DNA of 64,000 nt, taken from Mobula hypostoma (lineage: Eukaryota). The notes under the pieces are model-generated. The model did not search any database and was not told the origin of the DNA. It was given only the letters and a program-made list of their open reading frames with translations. Shown piece by piece: positions 46,704-58,864 of this stretch. Location: NCBI RefSeq assembly GCF_963921235.1, contig NC_086097.1, positions 77,316,001 to 77,380,000 on the forward strand, read 5' to 3'. Position numbers and translations under genes: made by a program. Position 1 is the stretch's first letter. Each line of letters starts with the position of its first letter.

Positions 46704-47251
46704 ATTACTTCCAAGAAGTGCTTTTAACTTATGATCGTATCACAGGACCCTGGTGCAGAATAACATAATCCTTCCTGTCAGCTGTCTATACACAAGCATT
46801 ATACTGCTTCAAGGTGAGAGCCATTGGAGACTGCACGGTGCTGTTGGGCGCTGATATCATGGTGAAGTGAAACATTTCCTTTTTAAAGTTGTCAGGCATT
46901 GAAAATCAGCTCCAACTTTGTGGCAGGCTCTTTTTAAAGGCTCCTGGAGAGCAGAAAACAGGCTTTAGCTGAAGAGCTACTTTTATACTTACGGGATCAG
47001 AGAGACTCAAAAATGCCCAAATGGCACTGAACTATAATTTATTAAGCTTCTCTTTTTGGTAATTATACAAGGTTAGGGGGAAATGGCATGAAATGAATTG
47101 CATCATGGTATTAGCTTTAACTAATAAGTCTATCACTGCACATCTTTCCTCTTCTGCAGAAAATTCATCAACTTAAGGGTTAACTCTTTTCTTCATCACA
47201 AATGCTACCAGACCTATCCAATGTTGCTGGCAATATCTGCTTTACATCTAG

Positions 47252-47896
47252 ATTAGATTAGATTATGAGGACAGGCAGTCCTCTTTTATTGTCATTTAGT
47301 AATACATGCATTGAGAAATGATACGATGTTTTTCCAGAATGGTATCACAGAAACACATGACAAACTGACTTAAAAACTAACAAAAACCACATAATTATAA
47401 CATATAGTTACAACAGTGCAAAGCAATACCGTAATTTGATAAGAACAGACCATGGCGCAGTAAAAGTCTCAAAGTCTCTTGAAAGTCCCATCATCTCACG
47501 CAGACGGTGAACCTCCAGCGCCGCCAACTTGCCAATGCAGCATCCTGGAAGCATCCGACCACAGTCCGACTTCGAGTCCGTCCGAAAACTCCAAGCCTCC
47601 GACCAGCTCTCCGACACCAAGCACCGAGCACCATCTCTGCCGAGTGCTTCGACCCTGGCCCCGGCAACAGGCAATAGGCAAAGCAAAGGATTTGGGGCCT
47701 TCCCCTCCGGAGATTCTCGATTGCACAGTAGGAGCGGCAGCGAAGCGGGCATTTCAGAAGTCACTCCAGGTGTTCCTCCGTGCTTCTCACGGCTGTCTCC
47801 ATCAAATCCAGATTGTGCATGGCCCCTTAGATAACATATATGATATTCATTCGGAACGGCCATGTGCGCTGTGATGCGCCGCCATCTTCTCCTCCC
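47252..47896 (-). mobile_element. Non-autonomous CpG-rich retroposon (about 645 bp, possibly Rex1-mobilised)
   Basis: 5' GGGAGGAGAAGATGGCGGCG; 3' ACAATAAAAG plus an (AATCT)n tail; TCTAG on both flanks (47247-47251, 47897-47901). Confidence 0.7.
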
Positions 47897-47901
47897 TCTA
47901 G

Positions 47902-49450
47902 GAGACAGAGACAGACACAGTGAGGCAAAGCAACAACGAGGTCATGGACCCTATGCTCATTACAAAGGAGAAGATGCTTGCTGTCTTGAAGCAAATTAGG
48001 GTGGATAATTTCCCAGGGTCTGACAAGGTGTTCCCTCCGATCCTGTAGGAGGTAAGTGCAGAAATTGCAGGGGCCCTAGCAGAGATATTTAAACCATCAT
48101 TAACAACAGGTGAGGTACTGGAAGATTGAAGGATAGCTAATGTTGTTCTGTTGTTTAAGAAAGGCTCTTAAAAATAAGCTGTGAAACTATAGGCCAGTGT
48201 GCCTGGCACCAGTAATTGGTAAGTTATTGGAAGTTATTGTAAGGGACCAGTTATATAAGGATTTGGATATACAGGGACAGATTAGGAATTGTCAACATGC
48301 TGTGGTAGTTTATATCTAAGCAATCTTATAGAATTTTCCAGGGAAATTATGAGGAAAGTTGATGAAGGCAAGGCAGTGGATGTTGTCTGCATGGACTTTG
48401 GAAGGCTTTGACAAAGTCCTGCATGAGTGGTTGGTCAAGAAGGTTCAATTGCTTAGCATTCAAGATAAGGTAGTAAATTGGATTAGACATTGGCTTCATG
48501 GGAGAAGTCAGAGTGTGATGGTAGATGGTTGCCTCTTTGACAGGAGGCCTGTGACTAGTGGTGTGTCACTGGAATCTGTGCTGGATCCATTGTTTGTCAT
48601 CTATACTAATGATCTAGATTATAATGTGGCAAACTGGATCAGCAAATTTGCAGATAACATCAATATTGGTGGTGTAGTGGACAGTGAGAAAGAATATCAA
48701 AGTTTGCAGCATAAGCTAAACCACTGGAAAAAATGGGCGGAAAAATGACAGATGGAATTTAATGCAGGCGTGTATGAGGTGTTGTGTTTTGGGAGGACAG
48801 ACAGGGTAGAACATACATTGGTGAGCAGTAGGGCACTGAGCGGTGTGGTAGACCAGAGGGATCTAGGAATACTGATTCATAATTCCTTGAAAGTGGTATC
48901 ACGGGTGGAGAAGGTCATAAAGAAAGTTTTTGACATATTGGCCTTCGTAAATCAAAGTATTGAGTACAGGAGTTGAGAAATTACGTTGAAGTTGTATAAG
49001 ATGTTGGTGAGGCCTAATTTAGAGTACTGTGTGCAGCATTAGTCACCTAGCTACATGAAAGATGAAAATAAGATTGAAAGAATGCAGAGAAAATTTACAA
49101 GGATGTTCCTAGGACTTCAGAACCTGAGTTATAAGGTAAGGTTGAATGAGTGAGGACTTTATTCCCTGGAGCATAGGCAAATGAGGGGAGATTTGATAGA
49201 GGTATGCAAAATTATGAAGGGCAGAGATAGGGTAAATGCAAGCAGGCTTTTTTCCACAGAGTTTGGGTGAGTCTGGAATGAGAGGTCATGGGTTAAGGGT
49301 GAAAGGTGAATGTTTATGGGGACATGGGGGGGTATTCTTCACACAGAGAATGGTAAGAGTATGGAATGAGCTGACAGTGGAAGTGATGGATGCAGGTTTG
49401 ATTTTAACATTTAAGAGAAATTTGGATAGGTAGATGGATGGGAGGGTATA
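47902..49450 (+). mobile_element. Degenerate CR1 RT-to-3' fragment
   Basis: GFDKVLHEWLVKKV, VTSGV, KFADN and FFTQRMVRVWNEL. Confidence 0.88.
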
Positions 49451-49451
49451 T

Positions 49452-52400
49452 AGAACCTAGAACATAGCACAGTACAGGCCCTTCGACCCACAATGTTGTG
49501 CCGACCCTCAAACCCTCCCTCCCATATAACCCCCCAACTTAAATTCCTCCATATAGATGTCTAGTAGTCTCTTAAATTTCACTAGTGTATCTGCCTCCAC
49601 CACTGACTCAGGCAGTGCATTCCACGCACCAACCACTCTCTGAGTTAAAAACCTTCCTCTAATATCCCCCTTGAGCTTCCCACCCCTTAATTTAAAGCCA
49701 TGTCTCCTTGTACTGAGCAGTGGTGCCCTGGGGAAGAGGCGCTGGCTGTCCACTCTATCTATTCCTCTTATTATCTTGTATACCTCTATCATGTCTCCTC
49801 TCATCGTCCTTCTCTCCAAAGAGTAAAGCCCTAGCTCCCTTAATCTCTCATCATAATGCATACTCTCTAAGTCAGGCAGCATCCTGGTAAATCTCCTCTG
49901 TACCCTTTCCAGTGTTTCCACATCCTTCCTATAGTGAGGTGACCAGAACTCGACACAGTAGTCCAAGTGTGGCCTGACCAGAGTTTTATAGAGCTGCATC
50001 ATTACCTCACGACTCTTAAACTCTATCCCTCGACTTATGAAAGCTAACACCCCATAAGCTTTCTTATCTACCCTCTCTACCTGTGAGGCAACTTTCAGGA
50101 ATCTGTGGACATGTACCTCCAGATCTCTCTGCTCCACCACATTACCAAGTATCCTGCCATTTACTTTGTACTCTGCCTTGGAGTTTGTCCTTCCAAAGTG
50201 TACCACCTTACACTTCTCCGGGTTGAACTCCATCTACCACTTCTCAGCCCACTTCTGCATCCTATCAATGTCTCTCTGCAACCTTCGACAATCTTCTACA
50301 CTATCCACAACACCACCAACCTTTATGTCGTCTGCAAACTTGCCAACCCACCCTTCTACCCCCACATCCAGGTCGTTAATAAAAATCACGAGAAGTAGAG
50401 GTCCCAGAATTGATCCTTTTGTGACACTACTAGTCACAACCCTCCAATCCGAGTATACTCCCTCCACCATGACTCCTCATTCTGTAGCTGCCAGTGTTAA
50501 GCCCAATGGCCTATAATTACATGTGAAGGGAACTGAAGTCAGACCTACCCTGTCCTTTTTATTGGTCATCTATACAAGCCTACTTTGCTGCAGAAATCAC
50601 AGCGTGTGTGCCTCCATTATGCTCTTACAGCCTGTGACTGAGTTTCACTTGTGATTTGTTTTGACTGTTGAAAAGTTGGAGATATAGCAGCTAACCTGTA
50701 CACAGAAAAGTTCTTGGAAATAACTTCATGATAATCAGACATTCGTTTATTTTTAGTTGGTGAAGTTGTTTAAGGGTTAAATGTTGGCCACAATATCTGG
50801 AAGAACTTATCAGCTCATCAATGAATAACAAAGATACTGGCTGTCAGCTTACAAAATGGGTTATGGAAAGAGTTCTTCAGATAACAGACTGGCAATCAAA
50901 AATTTTCCTGTCCTCTCTGATTCTATCCTTGTCCATGATAATGCTAAAGGCCAGGGAGCGGTGGTCACTGTCCCCCAGATTCTCACCCACTGAGAGATCT
51001 GTTACCTGACCCAGTTCGTTACCCAATACTAGAACTAGTAAGGGATTCCCCCTAGTCGGCCTATCAACATACTGTGACAGGAATCTCTCCTGGACACATT
51101 TAACAACCTCCACCCCGTCTAAATCATTGGAACTAATCAGGTGCCAATCAATATTAGGGAAGTTAAAGTCACCCATGATAACAACCCTGTTATTTTTGCA
51201 CCTTTCCAAAATCTGCCTCCCTGGAGGTCTATGAAGTTTTATATAAAGATGGGAACAGGGAAATAAAGAAGGAGGATGCCATTCATCCCTTTGTGCCTGT
51301 TCTATAATTCGATAAAAGGCTGATCTTTTCCTCACTGCCCCTTCATTGCCCTTATATTGTATTTGTCCATTCCCTTTTGTCTAAATATTTTTTGATCCCT
51401 GGATTGACTTTCTGCAGGCAAGCCAATTCTGAATCCACTCGGCTAAACTTCCCTGGATCCCATGCCTTCTGACTTTCTAAATAAGCCTACCGTGTGGAAC
51501 CTTGTCAAATGCCTTACTAAAATCCACGTAGATCACATCCTCATCTATATGCCTGGTCACCTCCTCAAAGAACTCTGTCAGGCTTGTCAGACATGATCTG
51601 TCCTTCACAAAGCCATGTCCCTGATCAGACCATGATTCTCTAAATGCCTGTAGATCCTATCTCTAAGAATCTTTTCCAACGGCCTTCCCACCACAGACGT
51701 AAGGCTCACTGGTCTATAATTACCTGGACCATCCCTACTACCTGTTTTGAACAAGGGGTCAACATTCGCCTCCCTCCAATCCTCCGGTACCATTCCCGTG
51801 GACAACAGGGACATAAAGATCCTAGCCAGAGGCTCAGCAATCTCTTCCGTCACCTCGTGGAGCAGCCTGGGGAATATTCCATTAGGCCCTGGGGACTTAT
51901 CCGTCCTAATGTACTTTAACAACTCCGATACCTCCTCTCCCTTAATATCAACATGCTCCAGAACATCAACCTTACTCATATTGTCCTCATCATCATCAAG
52001 TTCCCTCTCGTTGGTGAATATCAAAGAGAAGTATTCATTGAGGAACTCACTCACTTCCACAGCCTCTAGGCACATCTTCCCACCTTTATCTCTAATCGGT
52101 CCTACCTTCACTCCTGTCATCCTTTTGTTCATCATATAATTGAAGAATGCCTTGGGGTTTTCCTTCTCATGCCCCCTTCTTGCTCTCTTCAGCCCCTTCT
52201 TAAGCTCCTTTCTTGCTACCCGATATTCCTCAATGGACCCATCTGATCCTTGCTTCCTAAACCTCATGTATGTTGCCTTCTTCCACCTGACTAGATTTTC
52301 CACCTCACTTGTCGTCCATGGTTCCTTCACCCTACCATTCTTTATCTTCCTCACCGGGACAAATTTATCCCTAACATTCTGCAAGAGATCCTACACAGTA

Positions 52401-52838
52401 GGATCCATAGTAGATTGCAGGGAAATCCATAGTAGATTTCCCTGCAAAAACATCATCCCAATTCACACCCGCAAGTTCTAGCCTTATAGCCTCATAAATT
52501 GCCCTTCCCCAATCAAAAATTTTCCTGTCCTCTCTGATTCTATCCTTGTCCATGATAATGCTAAAGGCCAGGGAGCGGTGGTCACTGTCCCCCAGATTCT
52601 CACCCACTGAGAGATCTGTTACCTGACCCAGTTCGTTACCCAATACTAGAACTAGTAAGGGATTCCCCCTAGTCGGCCTATCAACATACTGTGACAGGAA
52701 TCTCTCCTGGACACATTTAACAACCTCCACCCCGTCTAAATCATTGGAACTAATCAGGTGCCAATCAATATTAGGGAAGTTAAAGTCACCCATGATAACA
52801 ACCCTGTTATTTTTGCACCTTTCCAAAATCTGCCTCCC
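49452..52838 (-). mobile_element. CR1 LINE (APE to tail), split by an insertion at about 50475-51407
   Basis: ORFs 52371-52952 (IMGDFNFPNIDW, GDSDH), 51605-52384 (KSPGPNG, NYRPVSLT), 50234-50470 (KFADD) and 49508-50233; tail near 49452. Confidence 0.93.
50893..51407. repeat. 515-bp direct duplication, copy 1 of 52510-53024
   Basis: Constant offset of 1617; the ORF track gives identical translations for both copies. Confidence 0.95.
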
Positions 52839-53024
52839 TGGAGGTCTATGAAGTTTTATATAAAGATGGGAACAGGGAAATAAAGAAGGAGGATGCCATT
52901 CATCCCTTTGTGCCTGTTCTATAATTCGATAAAAGGCTGATCTTTTCCTCACTGCCCCTTCATTGCCCTTATATTGTATTTGTCCATTCCCTTTTGTCTA
53001 AATATTTTTTGATCCCTGGATTGA
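52510..53024. repeat. 515-bp direct duplication, copy 2 (CR1 truncated 5' end plus flank)
   Basis: Appears identical to 50893-51407. Confidence 0.95.
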
Positions 53025-53031
53025 GTACAAA

Positions 53032-54113
53032 TGTAATGCACTGTAAGGCTTCACTGCTAATGTAATAGCCTCTCTGTAATGCTTCACTGCTAAGGTAATG
53101 ATTTCTCTGTAGCAGCAATGTTTGGGTTACGACTAAAGATAACGGGGGCTATGGAATTTGTGTTGTCCAAAGAGACGTTGTTGTTCTTTCTTGTGGGGCT
53201 GGGAGCAGGAATTCCGTGGTCTTTTGTCGGTGAGAGATGAAGAGAGAAGATGCGAATGGAAAGAGTTGGTAAACCGCCGGATGGAGTGGACTTGGAGCGA
53301 GGGTCCAATGGTCAGCGGCACCGGGGGTTGATGGGGAATGAATAGATGAGTCTTTGAGCTCCAACGTGTGCATTAGACTGTGTTGCGGATAAGGTATTAC
53401 TCAGACACGAAGGGAGATCGCCTTTGAAAGTCTTTATTATAACATGATACGCATCATGGAGAGCTCAACCTCTTAAAGCAGAGTTCTTGAGACTCTGCCT
53501 AAGTACACAGACTTTTCTCATTATGTACACGTAGTGTATGTTATCAAAAGCTTCCAAGCATGTTTGTGAAATACAGCATGCAAGCAGATAATTCCTTTGC
53601 TCAATAATCTTGTCTTAGCACAGTACAGAAAAAGGTATAATTAGGTTACTATTTTCTTATCTATTCGAAGGCTACGTCTGCCTGCAGCCTTGAAGCAAGG
53701 ACAATTACACAGTACAACTAAAGAAAAACAGAACGTCACGTAATTATGCTTTGATTACTCCTTCTCAGGCTAGTTAGCCATTTAGCAGCCTTCCAGGAGC
53801 AGTTTAAGGCTGCTGTATAAAAAACTCTTTAACCCCTCAGTATCTAGCTAGTAACAAAATTTCTTCCACAGACTGTTTCATTAAATTGGACTCTTTTTAT
53901 TTTTATTTTCTTTACTAACCCTATAGTCAGATTAAGATTTATAAAATTCAATCGTATAATTGCATACGGTGTACTGCCTGATATCTTGCGGTTCAGACTT
54001 GTAACTAGGCAACACATCACATTGCATCCACACAAACGAGATTTCTCAGTTTGGCTGGACCAGAGGCTGTCTTCCCCTGGACAAACGCATGCCGGCCAAA
54101 CCTGAGGGTTACA
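53032..54113 (+). mobile_element. Solo LTR (outer) containing a nested solo LTR
   Basis: TGTAA...TTACA termini; flanks CAAA/TAAA (imperfect 4-bp TSD). Orientation is tentative. Confidence 0.7.
53381..53870 (-). mobile_element. Nested solo LTR (490 bp)
   Basis: TG...CA termini, perfect 5-bp TSD GACTG (53376-53380, 53871-53875), and AATAAA on the minus strand near 53433-53438. Confidence 0.85.
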
Positions 54114-54859
54114 TAAACAACAATTGAGTCACCAAATTTGACTCAAAATTTTGTGGAGAAATTTGGTTTCATCTCCTTAATGGCTATTCCTTTATTTAAA
54201 GTCTTTGATCCCTTGTTCCGGACAGCCCAACTATGAGAAACACCAGCTCCACATGTACTTTGTAAGTAGATGTGAAATCCTCCATGAGTTGCAGCCCTGA
54301 GTCTCCCATGCTGCCACATTTCCTTCTGAAATGAGGCTCCACTTATGACCAGATTCTCCATTATCCCATTACTTACACCGTATGATCCAGATTGAAATAA
54401 AGACAGCCGATCTTGGACAAGTTGCTTTAATGATATTTTCATTTTTGTTCAATGCTGGCAAACATCATGGAATGCGTTCTGCCAGTTGTCATCTGGTTTG
54501 CCAGACAGCTCCCTGTGAAATGGCAGAACACTCCACATTGGGCCAAATGAGGGAAGAAGGAAAGACTGACATTTAATTCCGTAGCACTAATAACATCTGC
54601 CAAGCAACTTCTGGCTTGGATTTCTCAATTATTAGTACTGAAGCACCTTGATAGCAAGGAGGTACAGACTAGTACAAACAAGACCAGTGCCTCGAAAATC
54701 AGTGCACGTTGATAGAACTAAACCAATTATTTAACTGCATCATTGTAAGGTAGTTTGTCTCCAGAATTCACTCCATTGCAGTCAACTGTGGAGACAAAGC
54801 ACAAGTCACTGGACCAATGTTTGGCACTATCCATCATTAAATGATTTCTTAAGCAAAAG

Positions 54860-57800
54860 ACTTTGTCTCAGGCCAATGTCAGGCAGGCATTGGAGGAGCT
54901 GAGGACTGTGATCAGCAGGCACAAAGCAGTGCACCCTGATGCCTTCCCTATCACTGTGGAGGATTTCAACCAGGCCAGCTTGAAGAAGCCTCTAAACAAC
55001 TACTACCGGCACATCACCTACGGAACCAGTGGAGCCAACACACTAGACCACTGTTAGACCACCATCATGAATACTTACCGTGCCATCCCATGCCTGCACT
55101 TTGGAAAGCCCGATCACCTGGCTGTACTTCTACTCCCAGCATGTAGGCAGAGACTAAAGACTGAAACACTGGTGGTGAGGACAAAGAAGGTATGGTCAAG
55201 GGAAGCGGAGTAGAATCTACAGGACGGCTTTGAGTCAGTCAACTGGACAATATTCAGAGATTCATCTTTGAATCTGAATGAATACGCCTCAGTTGTCATC
55301 GACTTCATCAAGTGTTGTGTGGATAAGTGTGCTTTCTGGAACATACTGGGCATGATCAAACCAAAGCCCATGGATGAACCATGAGATTAGTAGTCTGATG
55401 AAGGCTAGATCTGCGGCATTCAAGACTAGTAATCCAGAATTATACAAGAAATCCAGGTATGACCTATGGAAGGCTATTCTAAGAGTAAGAAAACAATTCC
55501 GATTGAGGTTAAAGACGGAATAGGTTGTACGTCAGCTCTGGCTGCGTTGGCAGGCCAATACTTCCTACAAGGCAAAGCCTAACATCATGAATAGCTGTGA
55601 TGCTTCAATCCCAAATGAGCTCAATGCCTTTTTTGCACCCTTTGAAAGGGACAGTAAAACTACATCGTTGCGAATCCCTGTGGCCCTACAGTCTCAGTCT
55701 CAGAGGCCGACGACAGAACATCTTTCAAGAGGGTGATGTCATGGTCCGGTCCGTGAAGTCCGCAGTCTTGTTCACAGTCCAGTCCGTGAACTCTGGACTC
55801 CGGGTCTTCCGGCTGTCCCTTGTTTCAGTTGGGCTTAATCATAGGCATCTGATGCTGGTCTTAGGGCTGGGAATATAAGTGGCCCTGGGATCACATGTGG
55901 GTGCTGGTGTGTCTTGTCAGTATCCCCTTGGAGCAACCTGCTGGTGGAAGGCTAGAGCAGCCATTTGTGAACTCTAGGCCTGGTTGGAGGACCAGTGCTT
56001 CATAGAGCCTTGTTGTCTCTAGTTGGAGCAGTCATCATGGTATGGATTTGGCTGTTCCAGGGCCAGCTGAGTGGCTGTCTGCCACTCTGAGCTGTATATG
56101 GATTTGGCTGTTTCTGTAGCCAGCCAAGGTTGCTGGCCACTCTGAGACTTGGGGCCACCCTGGATTGAGCTCCCTTCCTGTCCTTGCCTCTGAGGGTAAG
56201 TCAGGCTGTCTTTGATGTTACCCTGTGGCTGGTTTGTCCCTTCCCCTCTCTATCTGAATCCCTGACAGTTTCCCTTGGCAGTCATCCCGGTCCCGCATTC
56301 TAGTAAGCATCCTGGCCCGGCGTCCTAGAAAGGGTCCTGGCCCTGCATTCCAAGAAGGAGTGCCACGCACTGCCCCGGAAAGCCTTGAAGAATCCAAGCC
56401 CCGTCCAGTCCTGTAGCCACGTCATATCTTCACCTAGTACTGGAGTTCGAGCCGGACTCAAGACCTAGGTTCTGGGTCCTTGCCCAGTCTCTGGCTCGGC
56501 GCCATACCCAAGCCTCGAAGAACCCGAGCCTCGCCTCGCCCTGCAGCCTTGCCTTGAAGAACCCGAACTGGTGGGAGTGTTTGAGGACCTCCTCAATCTC
56601 ACTGCTGCAGTTGGAGCTGCTCACCTGCTTCAGAAGGGTAATAATCAGACCAGTGCCCAAGAAGTGCAGGGTGAGCTGCCTCAATGACTATCACCCAGTG
56701 ACACTCACATCTACTGTGATGAAGTTCTTTGAGAGGTTCATCATGTCTAGAATTAACTCAAGGACTTGGACTTGCTGCAGTTTTTCTATCACTACAATGG
56801 CTCTACAGCAGATGCAATCTCACTGGCTCTCCACTCAGTCTGGACAAGAGTAATACTCACGTCAGGTTGCGGTTTATTGGTTACAGCTCAGTGTTCAACA
56901 CAATCATACCCTCATTTCCAATCAACAAGCTCCAAAACCTGGGCCTCTGTACCTGCCTCAGTATCTAGATTCTTGTCTTCCTCACAGAGAGACCACAGTC
57001 TGTGCAGATTGGAAATATTTCCTCCTTGCTGACAATCAACACTGATGCAGCTCAGGGGTGTGTGCTTAGCCCACTGCTCTACTCTCTCTACACCCATGAC
57101 TGTGTGGCTAGGCACCACAAAAAACGCATGTATAAATTTGCTGATGCCACAGCTATTGTTGGCAGAGTTTCAGATGGTGATGCGTACAGGAGTGAGATCA
57201 ATCCCCTGGTTGAGTGGTGTGGCAACAACAATCTTGCACTCATTGTGAGTAAGGCCAAGGAATTGCTTGTGGACTTCAGGAAGGGGAAGTCAAGGGAAAA
57301 CACACCAGTCCTCATCAAGGAATCAGCAGTGGAAAGGGTGAGCAGTTTCAAGTTCCTGGGTGTCAATATCTCTGAAGAGTCCAACATATTGATGCAATTA
57401 CAAAGAAGGCACAACAGCAGGTATATTACGTTAGGTGTCTGGGGAGACTTTTGGTATGTCACCCAAGACACTTGCAAATTTCTACAGGTATACAAAGGAG
57501 AGCATTCTAACTGGTTGCATCACCATCTGGTATGGAGGGGCCACTGCACAGGATCAGAAAAAGCTGCAGAAAGCTGTAAGCTCAGTCAGCTAAATCACGG
57601 GCATTAGCCTCCCCAGTATCAAGGTCACCTTCCAACGGCGATGCCTCAAAAAGGCAGCATCCATCACTAAGGAAGCCCATCACCCAGGACATACCCTCTT
57701 TTCATCAAGGAGGAGGTACAGGAGCCCAAAGAGCCACACTCAATGTTTCAGGAATCGCTTCTTTTCCTTTGCCATCAAATTTCTGAATATACAATTAATC

Positions 57801-57975
57801 CATGAACACTAGCTCACTTTTTTTCTTCTCGTTTTGCAATACTTATTTAATTTAATATTCCTATATAGTTCTTATTGTAATTTATAGTTTTTATTATTAT
57901 ATATAATGTTCTGCAGATGCAAAACAACAAATTTCACAATATTTGCCAGTGATATTAAACTCCATTCTGATTCTT
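54860..57975 (+). mobile_element. Rex1/Babar-type LINE, degenerate, interrupted by an LTR fragment
   Basis: [54 protein letters not shown], and an ATTCTG tail. Confidence 0.88.
55737..56565 (+). mobile_element. LTR-like fragment inserted in Rex1
   Basis: Starts TGTCATGG, has TATAAG near 55874, is GC-rich and internally repetitive. Rex1 resumes near 56566; no CA end or TSD seen. Confidence 0.55.
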
Positions 57976-58669
57976 CTAATTCTTCTAACCCAACAACTTG
58001 TGTTCAGATTCCAAATTTAATGTACCCTGGGATTTGCAATGACTTTTTAGAAGCATAATCATACAAACAGACCACATCATATCTGTTAGCATTGCAAATA
58101 TTTGATCTGCTGCATCAATCATATGAAAATCTGGCTGTATAATATATTCTCTAATTACTTTATTAACTGCTATTACAGACGTACAACACGGGAATACTAA
58201 GGAAGCGAAAATTTTGCAGAGGAAGACATTTTTCAGTGGCTAACCTCACAGTGCTGGCTTACCATGCTGACTTATAAATTAGCATAATGTTTATTCTGTC
58301 TTCAGAGTTTTTTTTCACAGAGGTATGTAGTTTCCTTTGGTAGTATGAAGGTCAGAGTGTCCCAAAGATGAGTGGTGGCCAGCTAAAAAATTTGTGGAGA
58401 AAAGCTGGCTGTTGGCTCCTGTTGGGACAGACTATGTGTTTATTTAATCTTTGAGGTTACAAAGTAGACAGTTACTGCATTCCACACTGAAACCAGGGCT
58501 GAAAATAAGTATCTTTAATCTACTTTTCCTGAAACTACTACATGGAACAAAACATGCATTTTATTAATCAGTTAGAATCAGAACATTTAAGTGATTAAAA
58601 TGTTGAGAACAAATACTTTTCAATATGATGTAATTGGCTGAAATGCTGGTGTAGCCCAATTGACTCAAA

Positions 58670-58800
58670 GACCATGATCAGCTCAGGGCGTCGGAGTTTA
58701 GAGTTCAATTCTGGCGTCCACTGCAAGAAGTTTGTATGTACTTTCCATGAGTACGTGGGTTTCTTCTGGGTGTCCCGGTTTCCTCCCACAGTGCACAGTT
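58670..58800 (+). mobile_element. SINE fragment
   Basis: B-box GAGTTCAATTC and the GTTTGTATGT...GGTTTCCTCCCACAGT core. Confidence 0.65.
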
Positions 58801-58864
58801 CCCACAGTTTTTAAGCAGTGGCAATCAGATATCCAAAGCATGAGAAGATGTAGCTCACTTAGGT

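Noticed and set aside
47408..47874. Overlapping 76-151 aa ORFs on both strands
   Set aside because: GC-rich repeat interior with no recognisable domain.
50877..52952. Duplicated 'gene' starting MRKRSAFY
   Set aside because: Chance read-in from flanking DNA into a truncated CR1 endonuclease, present twice only because of the 515-bp duplication.
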